Positions 1 to 9,595 of a stretch of 64,000 bases of DNA are shown one piece after another (the stretch's first letter is position 1; every line of letters starts with the position of its first letter). Under the pieces are notes generated by a model. It was not told the DNA's origin and did no database searches. It was given only the letters and a program-made list of their open reading frames with translations. Location of the stretch: the sequence record OQ939939. One strand, 5' to 3'. The position numbers and the translations under genes are program-made. The DNA is from Escherichia phage SUT_E1620.

Positions 1-1
1 T

Positions 2-1054
2 ACTAATGAAACTACTTCAGGTATAGCGGTTTTTAGTAATAGAAATACGGAAGGGACTCAACTTTCCTATTCTAGAATGTACCATGAAATTCAGAGTGGT
101 GTTGGTAAAACTACTATTCAGACTACAAGAGAGGGCGGGGCGACTAACTATTTCCAAATTGATGAGTATGGTAATATTGGGAATATTAACTCAATTATTG
201 CATATGGATATATGGGATTAGGTGCTGCTAATGCTATGGGAAATGCCTCTATTGCGATTGGTGACTCTGACTCTGGGCTAAAATGGAATAGTGATGGTAA
301 CATAAGTACCATAGCAGATGGTGTAAAAATAGCCACATGGACACCTCATGGATTTTATACACATAAAATAATAAGCTCAGATGTTGCTAATACCGAAAGA
401 GGGATGTATGTAAACGGGGTTAGGACTACCGGTGCCTCCGCTCTTGTAGCTGGGGTTGTAGAAGCTGGATCTCATGTTGGTTGGAGAGATAGAGCTTCAG
501 GTATGCTTGTTGAATTGAATACTAGAGGAGCTGCTGCCAATATCTGGAAAGCAACTAGATGGGGTGATCAACATGCTGGTGCATCTGACATCGTTATTTA
601 TGATGATGGATCTCCTTATTATAGAACTCTTGTAGGCGGTGGTGAATTTGGGTTCAATGGCCTTGGACAAGCTACCTGTACTTCTTGGATTAGTACATCT
701 GATATTAGGCTTAAGGCACAGCTAAAAGAGATAGTATCTGCTAAAGATAAGGTAAAATCCCTACAGGGGTACACTTATTTTAAACGTAATAGTTTGGTTG
801 AAGATGAGCATTCTTTTTATTGTGAAGAGGCAGGATTAATCGCACAGGATGTTCAAACTGTACTACCGGAAGCTGTATATAAAATAGCTAACTCAGATCT
901 TCTCGGTGTTAATTACTCTGGTGTTACCGCATTATTGGCTAACGCAGTAAAAGAGATGTTGGCGGATGCGGAGGCTCAGGAAGCTCGTATCAGTAATCTA
1001 GAGGAAGAACTGGCAGAGTTAAAAGCTCTAGTAGCCACTCTGGTAAATAAGTAA
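2..1054 (+). CDS. Tail fibre protein, C-terminal part (5'-truncated by window edge) with C-terminal intramolecular chaperone (peptidase S74-like) domain
   Basis: Frame is open from window position 2 (track ORF 77..1054 is the in-window Met). Gly/Ala-rich fibre-like repeats; C-terminal coiled-coil tail (EEELAELKALVATLVNK) resembling autoproteolytic chaperone domains of L-shaped tail fibres. Confidence 0.7.
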   Translation, partial: TNETTSGIAVFSNRNTEGTQLSYSRMYHEIQSGVGKTTIQTTREGGATNYFQIDEYGNIGNINSIIAYGYMGLGAANAMGNASIAIGDSDSGLKWNSDGNISTIADGVKIATWTPHGFYTHKIISSDVANTERGMYVNGVRTTGASALVAGVVEAGSHVGWRDRASGMLVELNTRGAAANIWKATRWGDQHAGASDIVIYDDGSPYYRTLVGGGEFGFNGLGQATCTSWISTSDIRLKAQLKEIVSAKDKVKSLQGYTYFKRNSLVEDEHSFYCEEAGLIAQDVQTVLPEAVYKIANSDLLGVNYSGVTALLANAVKEMLADAEAQEARISNLEEELAELKALVATLVNK

Positions 1055-1097
1055 GAGTATAGGGGAGTAATTCTCCCCTATTTACTAAGGAAATACT

Positions 1098-3392
1098 ATG
1101 TCACGTAATTTAATGCCTAAATCTGGCGCAATGGCGCCATACATTGTAGTTAATAGAGACGCTGCTGTTGCTGGTGTTTTCTCTATTGACGGAGAAGCTG
1201 GCGCTGTTGTACTTACTTCTAAGTACTTACAAATCTCTAAATATAATTTAGATCAGCAAGCTCTAGCTACTCGTCTTACTGGAATAGATAGCTCTATTCA
1301 AAGTAATACTGAAGCTATTGGAAATATTAATACTGCAATTGGTAGTATTAATAGTAGTCTAAGTGCCAAAGCGGCTAAGGGTGCTAATAATGATATTACA
1401 GAATTAAATGCACTTACTAAGGCTATTACTGTATCTCAAGGTGGTACAGGTGCTACTTCTCCAGATGGAGCACGTTTAGCACTAGAATTAAATCATCTCA
1501 CTAAGTCAACAGATGTCTCATATATGGGATCTCCTGATGGTTCAAAGTTACTTTATATTAGTAATGAGGGGGCTTGGGGAGTTACTGCTGAGGGTGGTGG
1601 CACTAACTATGCACTACCTATTACTCAAGGTGGTACAGGTGCTTTAAGTGCAGCAGAGGCACTAGTTAAGCTAATGGATGGTAAACCATTACCATTAGCT
1701 GCAGATGGGCAAGCTCCTTATGATGCTGTAACTGTAAGGCAACTATCTAATATTTCTGGTGGCGGAAATGCTAGCATGAGTGGAGTTATGAATAACTTCA
1801 TAGGTGCTGTTGAGTGGTTTAATGGTAACCGTACTAAGCTACCTGCCGGCTATATACCAGCAGACGGTCAATTAGAAAGCCGTACCGATCCTAAGACTAG
1901 GGATCTATGGGCGGCAGTTTCAGGTGGATTATTCGTAAGTGTTAGTGATACAGAGTGGATAACTAACTCCTACGGTCAGGATTACCAAAAAACAGGGAAT
2001 AGAGGTGCATATTCTACAGGAGATGGCTCTACTAACTTCCGTGTACCTGATTTAAACGGCGTTAGAAGAAATGGGGATACTATGGATGGAATTCCTTTTG
2101 CAGGATATGATACCCCTTATGCAGCATTCCTTCGTGGTGACGGTGGTGGTAGTATTAATGGAGTATTTGCCTCTGGGGCGCTAAATATGAGTGCTGCCCC
2201 TAATATAATAGGTAACTTTTCTGTAAGAGTACCAAATAACCATGGAATGTACGCTACTGGTATTTTCTCGGGTATAAATCATACAGGATGGCCTGATGCT
2301 CCAGATGCTAGTTATTCTGGAGGAAGTGGAACAGCGGATTTTGTAGATACTCAGAAGTATGGATATTCTCTAAATGCTGCAGCAGGTAGCCCAGTATATG
2401 GAAGAGATGGTACATCAGAGGTACGCCCTACTGCTGTTACTGGTCTTTGGATTATCCGTGCTAACGGTTCTTTTAACGCTGCTGGTTCACAGTATCATGT
2501 TATTAATGGAGACTCTACACGCCCTGCTGATGGAACTACTACTTATGGTGGCTTTGCGTATAGTGACTACAGAATAGGGGAAACAGTTAATCACTCAGCT
2601 TTAATAGTAAGTGCCAAAAGATTTGGTAATCCTTATAGTGTTGCTGTTCTTCAGTCCTATAATGATGAGACAGGGGATCTTGCCAACCTAGAGGTACAAT
2701 CTAATGGTGTTGTTAACTTACCTACTTCGATTAATAATAAATCCTGGATACAAGCTTTTGGTGCCAACGGCCTGCATTTAGATGCTGCTACTACTGCTCA
2801 AGATCTACATACTATGCCTGGTGGAGGTTGTGGTGTATCTCAAGCAGAGAGAAATGCTATCGAGTTGAATAATAACCCAGGTGCTGTAGGTTCTGGTGGT
2901 TATGTTAACTGGCTGCAAGGATGGTGGTATGACGATAGGTTCCAGTTCGGTGCTATTCGTAGTGGTTCTACTGTATTGGATGCTGTAGCCTTATCTACAT
3001 ATTCTAATGCATTGGGGTTAAAACAGTGGTTCTTTAGGGCTAATGATGGTAGGATTGCTTCCACTGCAGGTACTATTGCTATTGAAGGTTCAGATATCAA
3101 ACTTAAGGAGAATATAGTTAGAGCACCAGAAGGGGCCTTAGATAGAATAACTAAAATCACCCCTAGAGAGTTTGACTGGAAAGCTGGAGGTAGGCATGAT
3201 AGAGGATATATTGCTCAGGAATTACGTGATGTAGATCCTACCTATGTATATTCATCAACTGTTGGGGAAGGAGAAGAGGTATTAAACGTTAGTACATCTG
3301 CTTTGATTTCTGACTTAATAGCTGCTGTTACAACTCTTAAACAAGAGTTGGATTCTGCCAAATTAGAAATTAAAAAGCTAAAAGCTAAATAA
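1098..3392 (+). CDS. Tail fibre protein (764 aa) with C-terminal intramolecular chaperone domain
   Basis: RBS AAGGAAA upstream; repeated QGGTGA motifs; C-terminal REFDWKAGGRHDRGYIAQEL plus coiled coil, similar to the end of the upstream ORF; strong terminator follows. Confidence 0.75.
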   Translation: MSRNLMPKSGAMAPYIVVNRDAAVAGVFSIDGEAGAVVLTSKYLQISKYNLDQQALATRLTGIDSSIQSNTEAIGNINTAIGSINSSLSAKAAKGANNDITELNALTKAITVSQGGTGATSPDGARLALELNHLTKSTDVSYMGSPDGSKLLYISNEGAWGVTAEGGGTNYALPITQGGTGALSAAEALVKLMDGKPLPLAADGQAPYDAVTVRQLSNISGGGNASMSGVMNNFIGAVEWFNGNRTKLPAGYIPADGQLESRTDPKTRDLWAAVSGGLFVSVSDTEWITNSYGQDYQKTGNRGAYSTGDGSTNFRVPDLNGVRRNGDTMDGIPFAGYDTPYAAFLRGDGGGSINGVFASGALNMSAAPNIIGNFSVRVPNNHGMYATGIFSGINHTGWPDAPDASYSGGSGTADFVDTQKYGYSLNAAAGSPVYGRDGTSEVRPTAVTGLWIIRANGSFNAAGSQYHVINGDSTRPADGTTTYGGFAYSDYRIGETVNHSALIVSAKRFGNPYSVAVLQSYNDETGDLANLEVQSNGVVNLPTSINNKSWIQAFGANGLHLDAATTAQDLHTMPGGGCGVSQAERNAIELNNNPGAVGSGGYVNWLQGWWYDDRFQFGAIRSGSTVLDAVALSTYSNALGLKQWFFRANDGRIASTAGTIAIEGSDIKLKENIVRAPEGALDRITKITPREFDWKAGGRHDRGYIAQELRDVDPTYVYSSTVGEGEEVLNVSTSALISDLIAAVTTLKQELDSAKLEIKKLKAK

Positions 3393-3396
3393 AATA

Positions 3397-3428
3397 AAAC
3401 CCCAGTGGACAATCCACTGGGGTTTTTT
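3397..3428. terminator. Bidirectional rho-independent terminator
   Basis: CCCCAGTGG-ACAATC-CCACTGGGG hairpin flanked by A-run upstream and TTTTTT downstream; sits between convergent genes. Confidence 0.85.
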
Positions 3429-3429
3429 A

Positions 3430-3702
3430 TTACTCTTTACTGCCTGCGATAATACCTAAGTTATATACGGCAAGCATAGCCCTAAGGGTAGGATCTTGAG
3501 ACTCAGAACACAGTTTAATAAAACCTTCTTCATCCCATTGCTCTACATTGCCAAACATATCCACTTTTAATACTACCTTATCAAGGGTAGGGGGTGCTAC
3601 AATCACATCATAGAAATTCGGGTGTTGATTAACATCAATCTCTATTTGATTAGGATCAGCAAAATTATTTACTTCCTGAGCTTCCAAAGCCGCCTTCTCC
3701 AC
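3430..3702 (-). CDS. Hypothetical protein (90 aa)
   Basis: Six-frame ORF; overlaps start of downstream dUTPase gene in operon-like fashion. Confidence 0.5.
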   Translation of the reverse strand: MEKAALEAQEVNNFADPNQIEIDVNQHPNFYDVIVAPPTLDKVVLKVDMFGNVEQWDEEGFIKLCSESQDPTLRAMLAVYNLGIIAGSKE

Positions 3703-4111
3703 GATTAGTCTCCTCTAGTTCGTCAACGATTTCAAAATGATGAGTTGAGTAGTGTGGTAGTACCACTAACTGACAAAGTCTCTCGAAATTCTCCAGAGTT
3801 TGCATTTCAGAACCATAGTTATAAAGGTTCATCTTAATAGTACCACGGTAGTCTGAGTCGATCACTCCTGCGGTGTTTGCGATCATTAGTTTACGCTTAC
3901 CTAAAGAGCTGCGAGGAACTACCAAACCAAACCAACCTCGCGGAATTTCCACCGCGACACCGGTGTCAATCATAAGGGATTTGCCTGGTGCAATAGCACG
4001 TAAATCTGCCGCAAGGTTAGTACCAAAGAATGCACGCAGATCCATACCTGCGGCATCATCAGAACCAATCCTCGGCATGCAATCTGGATGAGTTAGTTTA
4101 ATTTTAATCAT
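3665..4111 (-). CDS. dut: dUTP pyrophosphatase (dUTPase)
   Basis: 148 aa; dUTPase motifs AGMDLRA, PRSSLG, GVIDSDYRG, RGEGGFGSSG. Confidence 0.9.
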   Translation of the reverse strand: MIKIKLTHPDCMPRIGSDDAAGMDLRAFFGTNLAADLRAIAPGKSLMIDTGVAVEIPRGWFGLVVPRSSLGKRKLMIANTAGVIDSDYRGTIKMNLYNYGSEMQTLENFERLCQLVVLPHYSTHHFEIVDELEETNRGEGGFGSSGSK

Positions 4112-4983
4112 TGTCCTGCGATCTCCAAAATATCTTTCGTAAACTTATCTAATACGTCTTGACCCACAGCAGCAATAGCATCTACACAATAGGTCGGTAA
4201 ATCAACCAGAATCAGATTTCGGAAAAGCAACTCCTCCGATGCGTTCAGATTCTGTATATATTTCTGTTTCCCAGGCAGAGGGAGTTGATCAATAATATCC
4301 AGAACATTACCAAATTCACGGATAATATTATAACCACGTTTTGCACCGATGCCTTCAACACCACGGATGTTATCACCAAGATCTCCCATAATTGCTTTCA
4401 GAGAGATAAACTGATCTACATCGTCAACGTTATGATGTTCATACATATCACGAAGATGGTACTCACGACGTGTGGTGAAGGAGAAGCGAGAAACTCGATC
4501 AGTTAATAGAGTATCCCAGTCACCATCAGTAGAGATCAGCCAAACGTGATCATATAAATGACCAATGAGCTTAACAACATAAGCTGCCATATCGTCTGCT
4601 TCTACACCACGAATAGTGAAAGTTGGGAATGTGGTTTCACACAACTCGAAAGCATCACGAAGATACTCGAAGAACTGTTCATCTAGTGCTTTCTCTTCTT
4701 CTGTACGTTGAGCATACTTTTCATCACGGTTGCCCTTATAATCAGGAAGGTGCTCTAAACGGAATACAGACTTTCCTTTATCACCGAGAACGATTGTAGT
4801 TCTAGCTGAGTAGGATTTTGCGAGAGATTGAATTGTAGAAACATAACTTGAAGCGAAGGGTTTCTTACTATTATTATGTTTGAAGCGGAAGCCTAAGTTA
4901 GTTCCATCAACAATCATTAGGTTGCGACGAGAAGCCAGCTCAGCTTCTTCCTCTTCAATAAATTTTCCCCAGGATTTACTCAT
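4108..4983 (-). CDS. Flap endonuclease / 5'-3' exonuclease (T5 D15-like)
   Basis: 291 aa; PIN-like N-terminal and helix-3-turn-helix region (GIGAKRG); length and position match T5 D15. Confidence 0.85.
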   Translation of the reverse strand: MSKSWGKFIEEEEAELASRRNLMIVDGTNLGFRFKHNNSKKPFASSYVSTIQSLAKSYSARTTIVLGDKGKSVFRLEHLPDYKGNRDEKYAQRTEEEKALDEQFFEYLRDAFELCETTFPTFTIRGVEADDMAAYVVKLIGHLYDHVWLISTDGDWDTLLTDRVSRFSFTTRREYHLRDMYEHHNVDDVDQFISLKAIMGDLGDNIRGVEGIGAKRGYNIIREFGNVLDIIDQLPLPGKQKYIQNLNASEELLFRNLILVDLPTYCVDAIAAVGQDVLDKFTKDILEIAGQ

Positions 4984-5465
4984 TATTTAATTAAGTCCTC
5001 AACAGATGCGTGATGTAACCACGGTTCGAATAACCCGATTACGATTTCTATGTCTTTCTTATTTAACACCATATGGGTACGACTCATTAAGTTGTCGACC
5101 ATAGGGTCTGAGCTATCCAAAGCAATTAACCACTGTCCTCTGTCTTTCTTGAATATTAAGGCTGGTTTGGAGTTCATCTGTTCACCTTCACGGGAACACT
5201 GCTGCCACCACTTCTCTAGAGTGGATTCACCAACGTTAAATAAATTACTTGATATGTTATCATCTTTATACCACTTAACTTCGAAGCAGTATTTACTAAT
5301 GTGTCCGCTTTGTGGTGGAAGGTAGATGTCACCCTTCAGTCCATGGCTCTGGCCAAAAGCACCAGAACCTGGAACACGTTCCCACTCAAGACCTGTACGT
5401 TCACGTAGTATATCTCTTACCTGATATTCCCCACGTTTACCTTTCTCTCTACTATCTACGGCCAT
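4983..5465 (-). CDS. Hypothetical protein (T5 D14-like position)
   Basis: 160 aa ORF, start overlaps stop of upstream gene; synteny with T5 recombination cluster. Confidence 0.55.
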   Translation of the reverse strand: MAVDSREKGKRGEYQVRDILRERTGLEWERVPGSGAFGQSHGLKGDIYLPPQSGHISKYCFEVKWYKDDNISSNLFNVGESTLEKWWQQCSREGEQMNSKPALIFKKDRGQWLIALDSSDPMVDNLMSRTHMVLNKKDIEIVIGLFEPWLHHASVEDLIK

Positions 5466-5468
5466 GTT

Positions 5469-7307
5469 TTATTCTAAGTAGGAAAATCCTTCTGCATCTT
5501 TTTTAACAGTAATCTTATGGGCTAATGGATGCGTATGCCCATGAGAAACAATGATAGAATTCAGACTATCTTCCTCATTTAATAATTCAACGAGAGTATC
5601 AAGTCCTTTCGTATCAATAAAGCTAATAACTTCGTCAAGGAACAGAAGATTAATATTAACTTTACTAATAGATGTTAACAGCATTCGAATAGCTAACAGA
5701 GTTGCTAGGTTAATTCTACTCTGCTGACCAGTAGAGCAGTTCTCCATACTGGTACGGTTTCCATCATTGAAGATTACTACTTGTAATTTAGTTTCATCAA
5801 GCTCAAATCCAAGTGCGAACTTACCACCAGTCATAATAGAAAGATATTTATTAATCAATTCCTCAAATACTTTCACACTATGTTCTAGTTTATATCCTAC
5901 CAGATTTTTCAATGCAGCAATCAGAATATCAAGATCAGCAACAGCTTCTGATACTCCATCCAGTTTGGACGTTATCTCAGACATTTCTGCCTCAGCTTTT
6001 TCAATCTGTTCTAGTTTCGCTTTATACTTTGCATTGGCTAACTCGACATTTGCATTATGCTCTTTGGCAATTGCAACTTTAGAACGTCCATCAGCGATTT
6101 CCTGTTCTAATTGTCGGATTTGCACCTGTAGGATTTGCACATTGAGTTCTTCAAAAGAAGCGTCACTCATTGAATTTTTGAACTCGTCTCTAGCTGCTAC
6201 TGCCTTATCCAAAGCATCCTTAGCTCTAGTATACGCAGTGTACTCGACTTGTTCTTTCTTCAACTGCTCCAATGTAGCTTCAAGAGATTGTTTCTCTTTG
6301 AACAGAGGATCGTATTCTGTTCTAGCCATATCCATTGCTTTTTGAGCAGCAGTTGTATCAAGATGCGTACCACAAGTAGGACATTCAGTATTTGAAGCCT
6401 CTTGCTTAAACTTCTGATAACGTTTCTTGACTTCTCCCGCACGTGAGGTAACAATCGTTAAGTCACGCGTAACACTTGAGATCTCTTCAGATTGGTCAGT
6501 GGGCGCAGGGAAATTTTTGAAAGGCTCGAAAGATTGTTCGGCAACTTGTACAGCTTTGTCCAAATTACGGAGTTTAGTAATATTAGCCTCTTGTGACTTG
6601 GCTAATGCCGCCTTAATTTTCGATTCAGTAAGTTCTTGTGCTAACGGTTCTTCATCAAATTCTGGAACTTCAACTGGCTCCTGTAAACTTCCGAGATTAC
6701 CTTTTCCATTGAGGATCTTCGTAATTACGGCCATCTGGCCTTGCAAGTTACTTAACGTACTTGCCACTTCTTTACGATCAGCCTTAATAGTTTCTGACAT
6801 CTCTTTATACTGTTCCTGATTGAACAGATTAACAAGAAAAGCTTTACGTGTTGCATCAGTTGCTTTGAGGAAGTCTAGATTGGAACCAACAGATTGATAG
6901 ATTAGTTTAGTGAATGTTTGGAAGTCACCACCCATAATCTCTTCAATCATCTTGTACGTTTGAGTTGCTGTGTGTCCACTGATATCTTCTCCATTCTTAA
7001 TCAGTGTAACCTTAGCAGTTGATTTAACTACTTTATGCAATTCATACTCATCTTCATCTTTCGAGAAGTAAGCATGCATATCATACTCTTTCTTCGGAGA
7101 ACCCCAAGAGAATAGGGCGTCCTTCTTGATACCACGTGAGTTCTTGTTATAAAACAATTCCTCAATAACAGTAGCAATAGTGGACTTCCCTAGACCGTTT
7201 CCTCCGATTAACTGAGTAACTGGATTCTTATCGAAATGAATTACGATATCCTTACCGTAAGACATAACGTTGCTGAATTTTAGTGTCTTAATTATAATCT
7301 TTGACAT
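5469..7307 (-). CDS. SbcC/Rad50-like ATPase (recombination nuclease subunit)
   Basis: Walker A GGNGLGKST near N-terminus, long central coiled coil, C-terminal signature/D-loop region (LLFLDEVISFID). Start placed at internal Met (MSKIIIKTLKF) to avoid overlap with SbcD-like gene. Confidence 0.8.
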   Translation of the reverse strand: MSKIIIKTLKFSNVMSYGKDIVIHFDKNPVTQLIGGNGLGKSTIATVIEELFYNKNSRGIKKDALFSWGSPKKEYDMHAYFSKDEDEYELHKVVKSTAKVTLIKNGEDISGHTATQTYKMIEEIMGGDFQTFTKLIYQSVGSNLDFLKATDATRKAFLVNLFNQEQYKEMSETIKADRKEVASTLSNLQGQMAVITKILNGKGNLGSLQEPVEVPEFDEEPLAQELTESKIKAALAKSQEANITKLRNLDKAVQVAEQSFEPFKNFPAPTDQSEEISSVTRDLTIVTSRAGEVKKRYQKFKQEASNTECPTCGTHLDTTAAQKAMDMARTEYDPLFKEKQSLEATLEQLKKEQVEYTAYTRAKDALDKAVAARDEFKNSMSDASFEELNVQILQVQIRQLEQEIADGRSKVAIAKEHNANVELANAKYKAKLEQIEKAEAEMSEITSKLDGVSEAVADLDILIAALKNLVGYKLEHSVKVFEELINKYLSIMTGGKFALGFELDETKLQVVIFNDGNRTSMENCSTGQQSRINLATLLAIRMLLTSISKVNINLLFLDEVISFIDTKGLDTLVELLNEEDSLNSIIVSHGHTHPLAHKITVKKDAEGFSYLE

Positions 7308-8265
7308 ATTTAGCAGCTCTAGCCAAGATTCTATCAATGTCGTCTTGAGACAGCTTTTCAACTTCACGGAAGTAAAGCTCAAGCTCGCCTAACATATCAA
7401 GATCAACAAGATTTAACTTAGCATCTTTAGTAACTCGATGGTTAATCTTTTTATCTAAGAGATCAGAATCTTTAATAGACTTTAACTGAACGACGTCACC
7501 AGTGACTTCATAAATTACACGGTCATAGTCACTAGGCTCCATTTCCTCACCAACTCCGATTGTTTTACGAATCAGTTGTGGTAAGTCACCAAGTTCAATC
7601 CATTCTACTTTTAATGTGTCGGTATCAATGATAAAACAACCATTTGTACCTTTTGTTCGTTCTCTATGGAACGATGTAGTTAATGGAGATCCTGGATAAA
7701 GAAGTCTAGTAGAACCAACAGTTTGACTATTAGTATAAGAATGTAAATCGCCAGCAATTACAGTGTCATAACAGTTATACCTCGTTAGATCAATCTCTGG
7801 TTTTACATGTGGAGGGATTTCACCACGAACATGCGTGAAACATAGTTTTGATTCAGATGGTTTCCACTTTGGTTTGTGGATTTCATCATAAGGGATAATA
7901 TCAAATTCAGGAGAACGATATGGTTTAGTAATGACTTCCCAATTTCCGTTTGTTACTTTATTAATAACTCCTGCATAATGATACAGACATGAAATAGTTT
8001 TAGTTAACATTTCATGGTTCCCAGTGAAGATCTTGCCTGAATGGTCAAGTCTTGACATGAACTGTTCAAGAAGTTCTATTTCTTCCGACGATGGGTCGGC
8101 AACATCAAGAATATCACCACCAGCAATATGCAGATCACAGTTATGATTATGGAATATGTCATTTAACCGTTCTCCTAGCATCAGGAAGCGACGCTTCTGC
8201 CATTCCTTTGGAACTTTATCTTGTCCTAATTTGATATGATGATCAGCACTAAATAGTATTCTCAT
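7288..8265 (-). CDS. SbcD/Mre11-like metallophosphoesterase nuclease
   Basis: Calcineurin-like motifs ADHH, GGDILD, GNHE; adjacent to SbcC-like ATPase. Confidence 0.8.
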   Translation of the reverse strand: MRILFSADHHIKLGQDKVPKEWQKRRFLMLGERLNDIFHNHNCDLHIAGGDILDVADPSSEEIELLEQFMSRLDHSGKIFTGNHEMLTKTISCLYHYAGVINKVTNGNWEVITKPYRSPEFDIIPYDEIHKPKWKPSESKLCFTHVRGEIPPHVKPEIDLTRYNCYDTVIAGDLHSYTNSQTVGSTRLLYPGSPLTTSFHRERTKGTNGCFIIDTDTLKVEWIELGDLPQLIRKTIGVGEEMEPSDYDRVIYEVTGDVVQLKSIKDSDLLDKKINHRVTKDAKLNLVDLDMLGELELYFREVEKLSQDDIDRILARAAKYVKDYN

Positions 8266-8270
8266 AAGTT

Positions 8271-8296
8271 AAAAAGAAAGGGAGCCGTAGCTCCCC
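8271..8296 (-). terminator. Rho-independent terminator (minus strand)
   Basis: GGGAGCCGTAGCTCCC hairpin followed on minus strand by T-run (plus-strand AAAAAGAAA). Confidence 0.7.
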
Positions 8297-8304
8297 TTGG
8301 TTTA

Positions 8305-9078
8305 TTAGTCGTCCAGATCGCTAGCAGCTTCAGCGTCGATGCCTTTCTGAGAACCAGCATCACCACCAGACTTAGCGTCACCGCCGTCTTGCTTCTCACG
8401 ACCTTCCATGAAGGCGAGAATAGCTTCTTTCTGCTCTTCATAGGACGGAACCGGGTAGGTTTCTTCCAGAGAAGGAACTTTTTCGAACTTGATGAACTCA
8501 CCAGTATCATCACACATAGCTTCACCGAGGATATCAACATCAGCGGCGTGCAGTTTAGACTCAGCACTGGTAGGATCTTTCAGTTTCATCTGGAACTGCA
8601 TTGCTGCGATCTGCTGTACATCGTACTCAGTATCGAAGCCTTTACCTTTCTTCTCGATAGAAATATCGATATCGAATGGATCTGCCAGTTCAAGCTGCTT
8701 CATGATAGACTGGATGCCTTTCAGGATAGTAGCTTTAACTTCCATAACTTTCAGTTTGTTATCGGAACGGTCGATAACGAAAGCAATGTAGTTTTTCTTC
8801 GGTTTCAGCGGAACACGATTACCATCTTTGTCCAGCTCTTTCTCGAAGAAGCCCATTTCGTGAATCGGGTCAGCTTTACCGCGAACGAAGCTCTCTTTAG
8901 TACGGTTGAAACGCAGACACTCAAACGGAGCTGCATTACCATCTTTGTTAGTCAGCCAGTAGACATAACGTGGAAGAACACCAGAAACGATACGAACACG
9001 AGTTACACCGTTGTTGAATTTCAGGAAGTCGATTTTATCGTTAGAACCGCCAGTAGTTTCGCCCCAAGACTTAGCCAT
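8305..9078 (-). CDS. Putative abundant DNA-binding protein (possible ssDNA-binding protein), acidic C-terminal tail
   Basis: 257 aa; host-optimal codon usage (CTG, CGT, GGT, ACC) suggesting high expression; acidic C-terminus DAEAASDLDD as in SSB-type proteins. Functional call is inference. Confidence 0.45.
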   Translation of the reverse strand: MAKSWGETTGGSNDKIDFLKFNNGVTRVRIVSGVLPRYVYWLTNKDGNAAPFECLRFNRTKESFVRGKADPIHEMGFFEKELDKDGNRVPLKPKKNYIAFVIDRSDNKLKVMEVKATILKGIQSIMKQLELADPFDIDISIEKKGKGFDTEYDVQQIAAMQFQMKLKDPTSAESKLHAADVDILGEAMCDDTGEFIKFEKVPSLEETYPVPSYEEQKEAILAFMEGREKQDGGDAKSGGDAGSQKGIDAEAASDLDD

Positions 9079-9433
9079 ATTTTATTTCCTCTTTAAAGAT
9101 TATCTTCGATTTATTGATTGCAATTAGTGGGTTAGTGTCGATTACAGAACGTGGTATCCATATGGGGACATATTGCATGTCTAAACTCGGATCGTTTGTA
9201 AACTTATATTCGGCATAATTTCGTAGACTTAGAATTCCTAGATATTCTGCCAGTTGTCTATTAGACAATTTGTAAGGGTTATCAACAATAGTTGATTCAT
9301 TCAAGATGAATGAAGAACCGACCAGTAACTGGTGAGCATCAGGCTCTGCAAGCATTCTATTAAATAGCTTGACAATCAGGTCGGAGTTTCCTCTAGCTAA
9401 GAGGTAAATTCTCTCGTAATCAAAGAATTTCAT
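9071..9433 (-). CDS. Hypothetical protein (120 aa)
   Basis: ORF downstream of two consensus minus-strand promoters. Confidence 0.55.
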   Translation of the reverse strand: MKFFDYERIYLLARGNSDLIVKLFNRMLAEPDAHQLLVGSSFILNESTIVDNPYKLSNRQLAEYLGILSLRNYAEYKFTNDPSLDMQYVPIWIPRSVIDTNPLIAINKSKIIFKEEIKYG

Positions 9434-9449
9434 TTTTGTCTCTCATCAA

Positions 9450-9495
9450 TTTATGTATATATTATACATTAAATAGGGAGGATTTGACAAGTACA
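9450..9495 (-). promoter_or_regulatory. Sigma70-type early promoter (minus strand)
   Basis: Reverse complement reads TTGTCA-N18-TATAAT followed by conserved CATAAATTGATGAGAGA box and start codon. Confidence 0.6.
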
Positions 9496-9554
9496 ATTTT
9501 TATTTTTCTGCTTCGGACTTTCTTATCAATCCGAAACTTTCTCTCTCAAATTTA

Positions 9555-9595
9555 TGTGTATATTATACAATAATTATGAGCAGTTGCCAAATGCA
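9555..9595 (-). promoter_or_regulatory. Sigma70-type promoter embedded in 3' end of helicase gene (minus strand)
   Basis: Reverse complement TTGGCA-N17-TATAAT plus conserved downstream box; -35 lies in last codons of ORF 9574..10926. Confidence 0.55.

Noticed and set aside
148-3160. Short minus-strand and internal ORFs inside the tail-fibre genes (148..336, 2374..2577, 2900..3160)
   Set aside because: Embedded within long, coherent + strand fibre ORFs; no start signals.
8389-9096. 235-aa + strand ORF (and 8262..8567, 8489..8791) overlapping the minus-strand 8305..9078 gene
   Set aside because: The minus-strand gene has strong codon bias and a terminator in its orientation; + strand ORFs are antisense artefacts.
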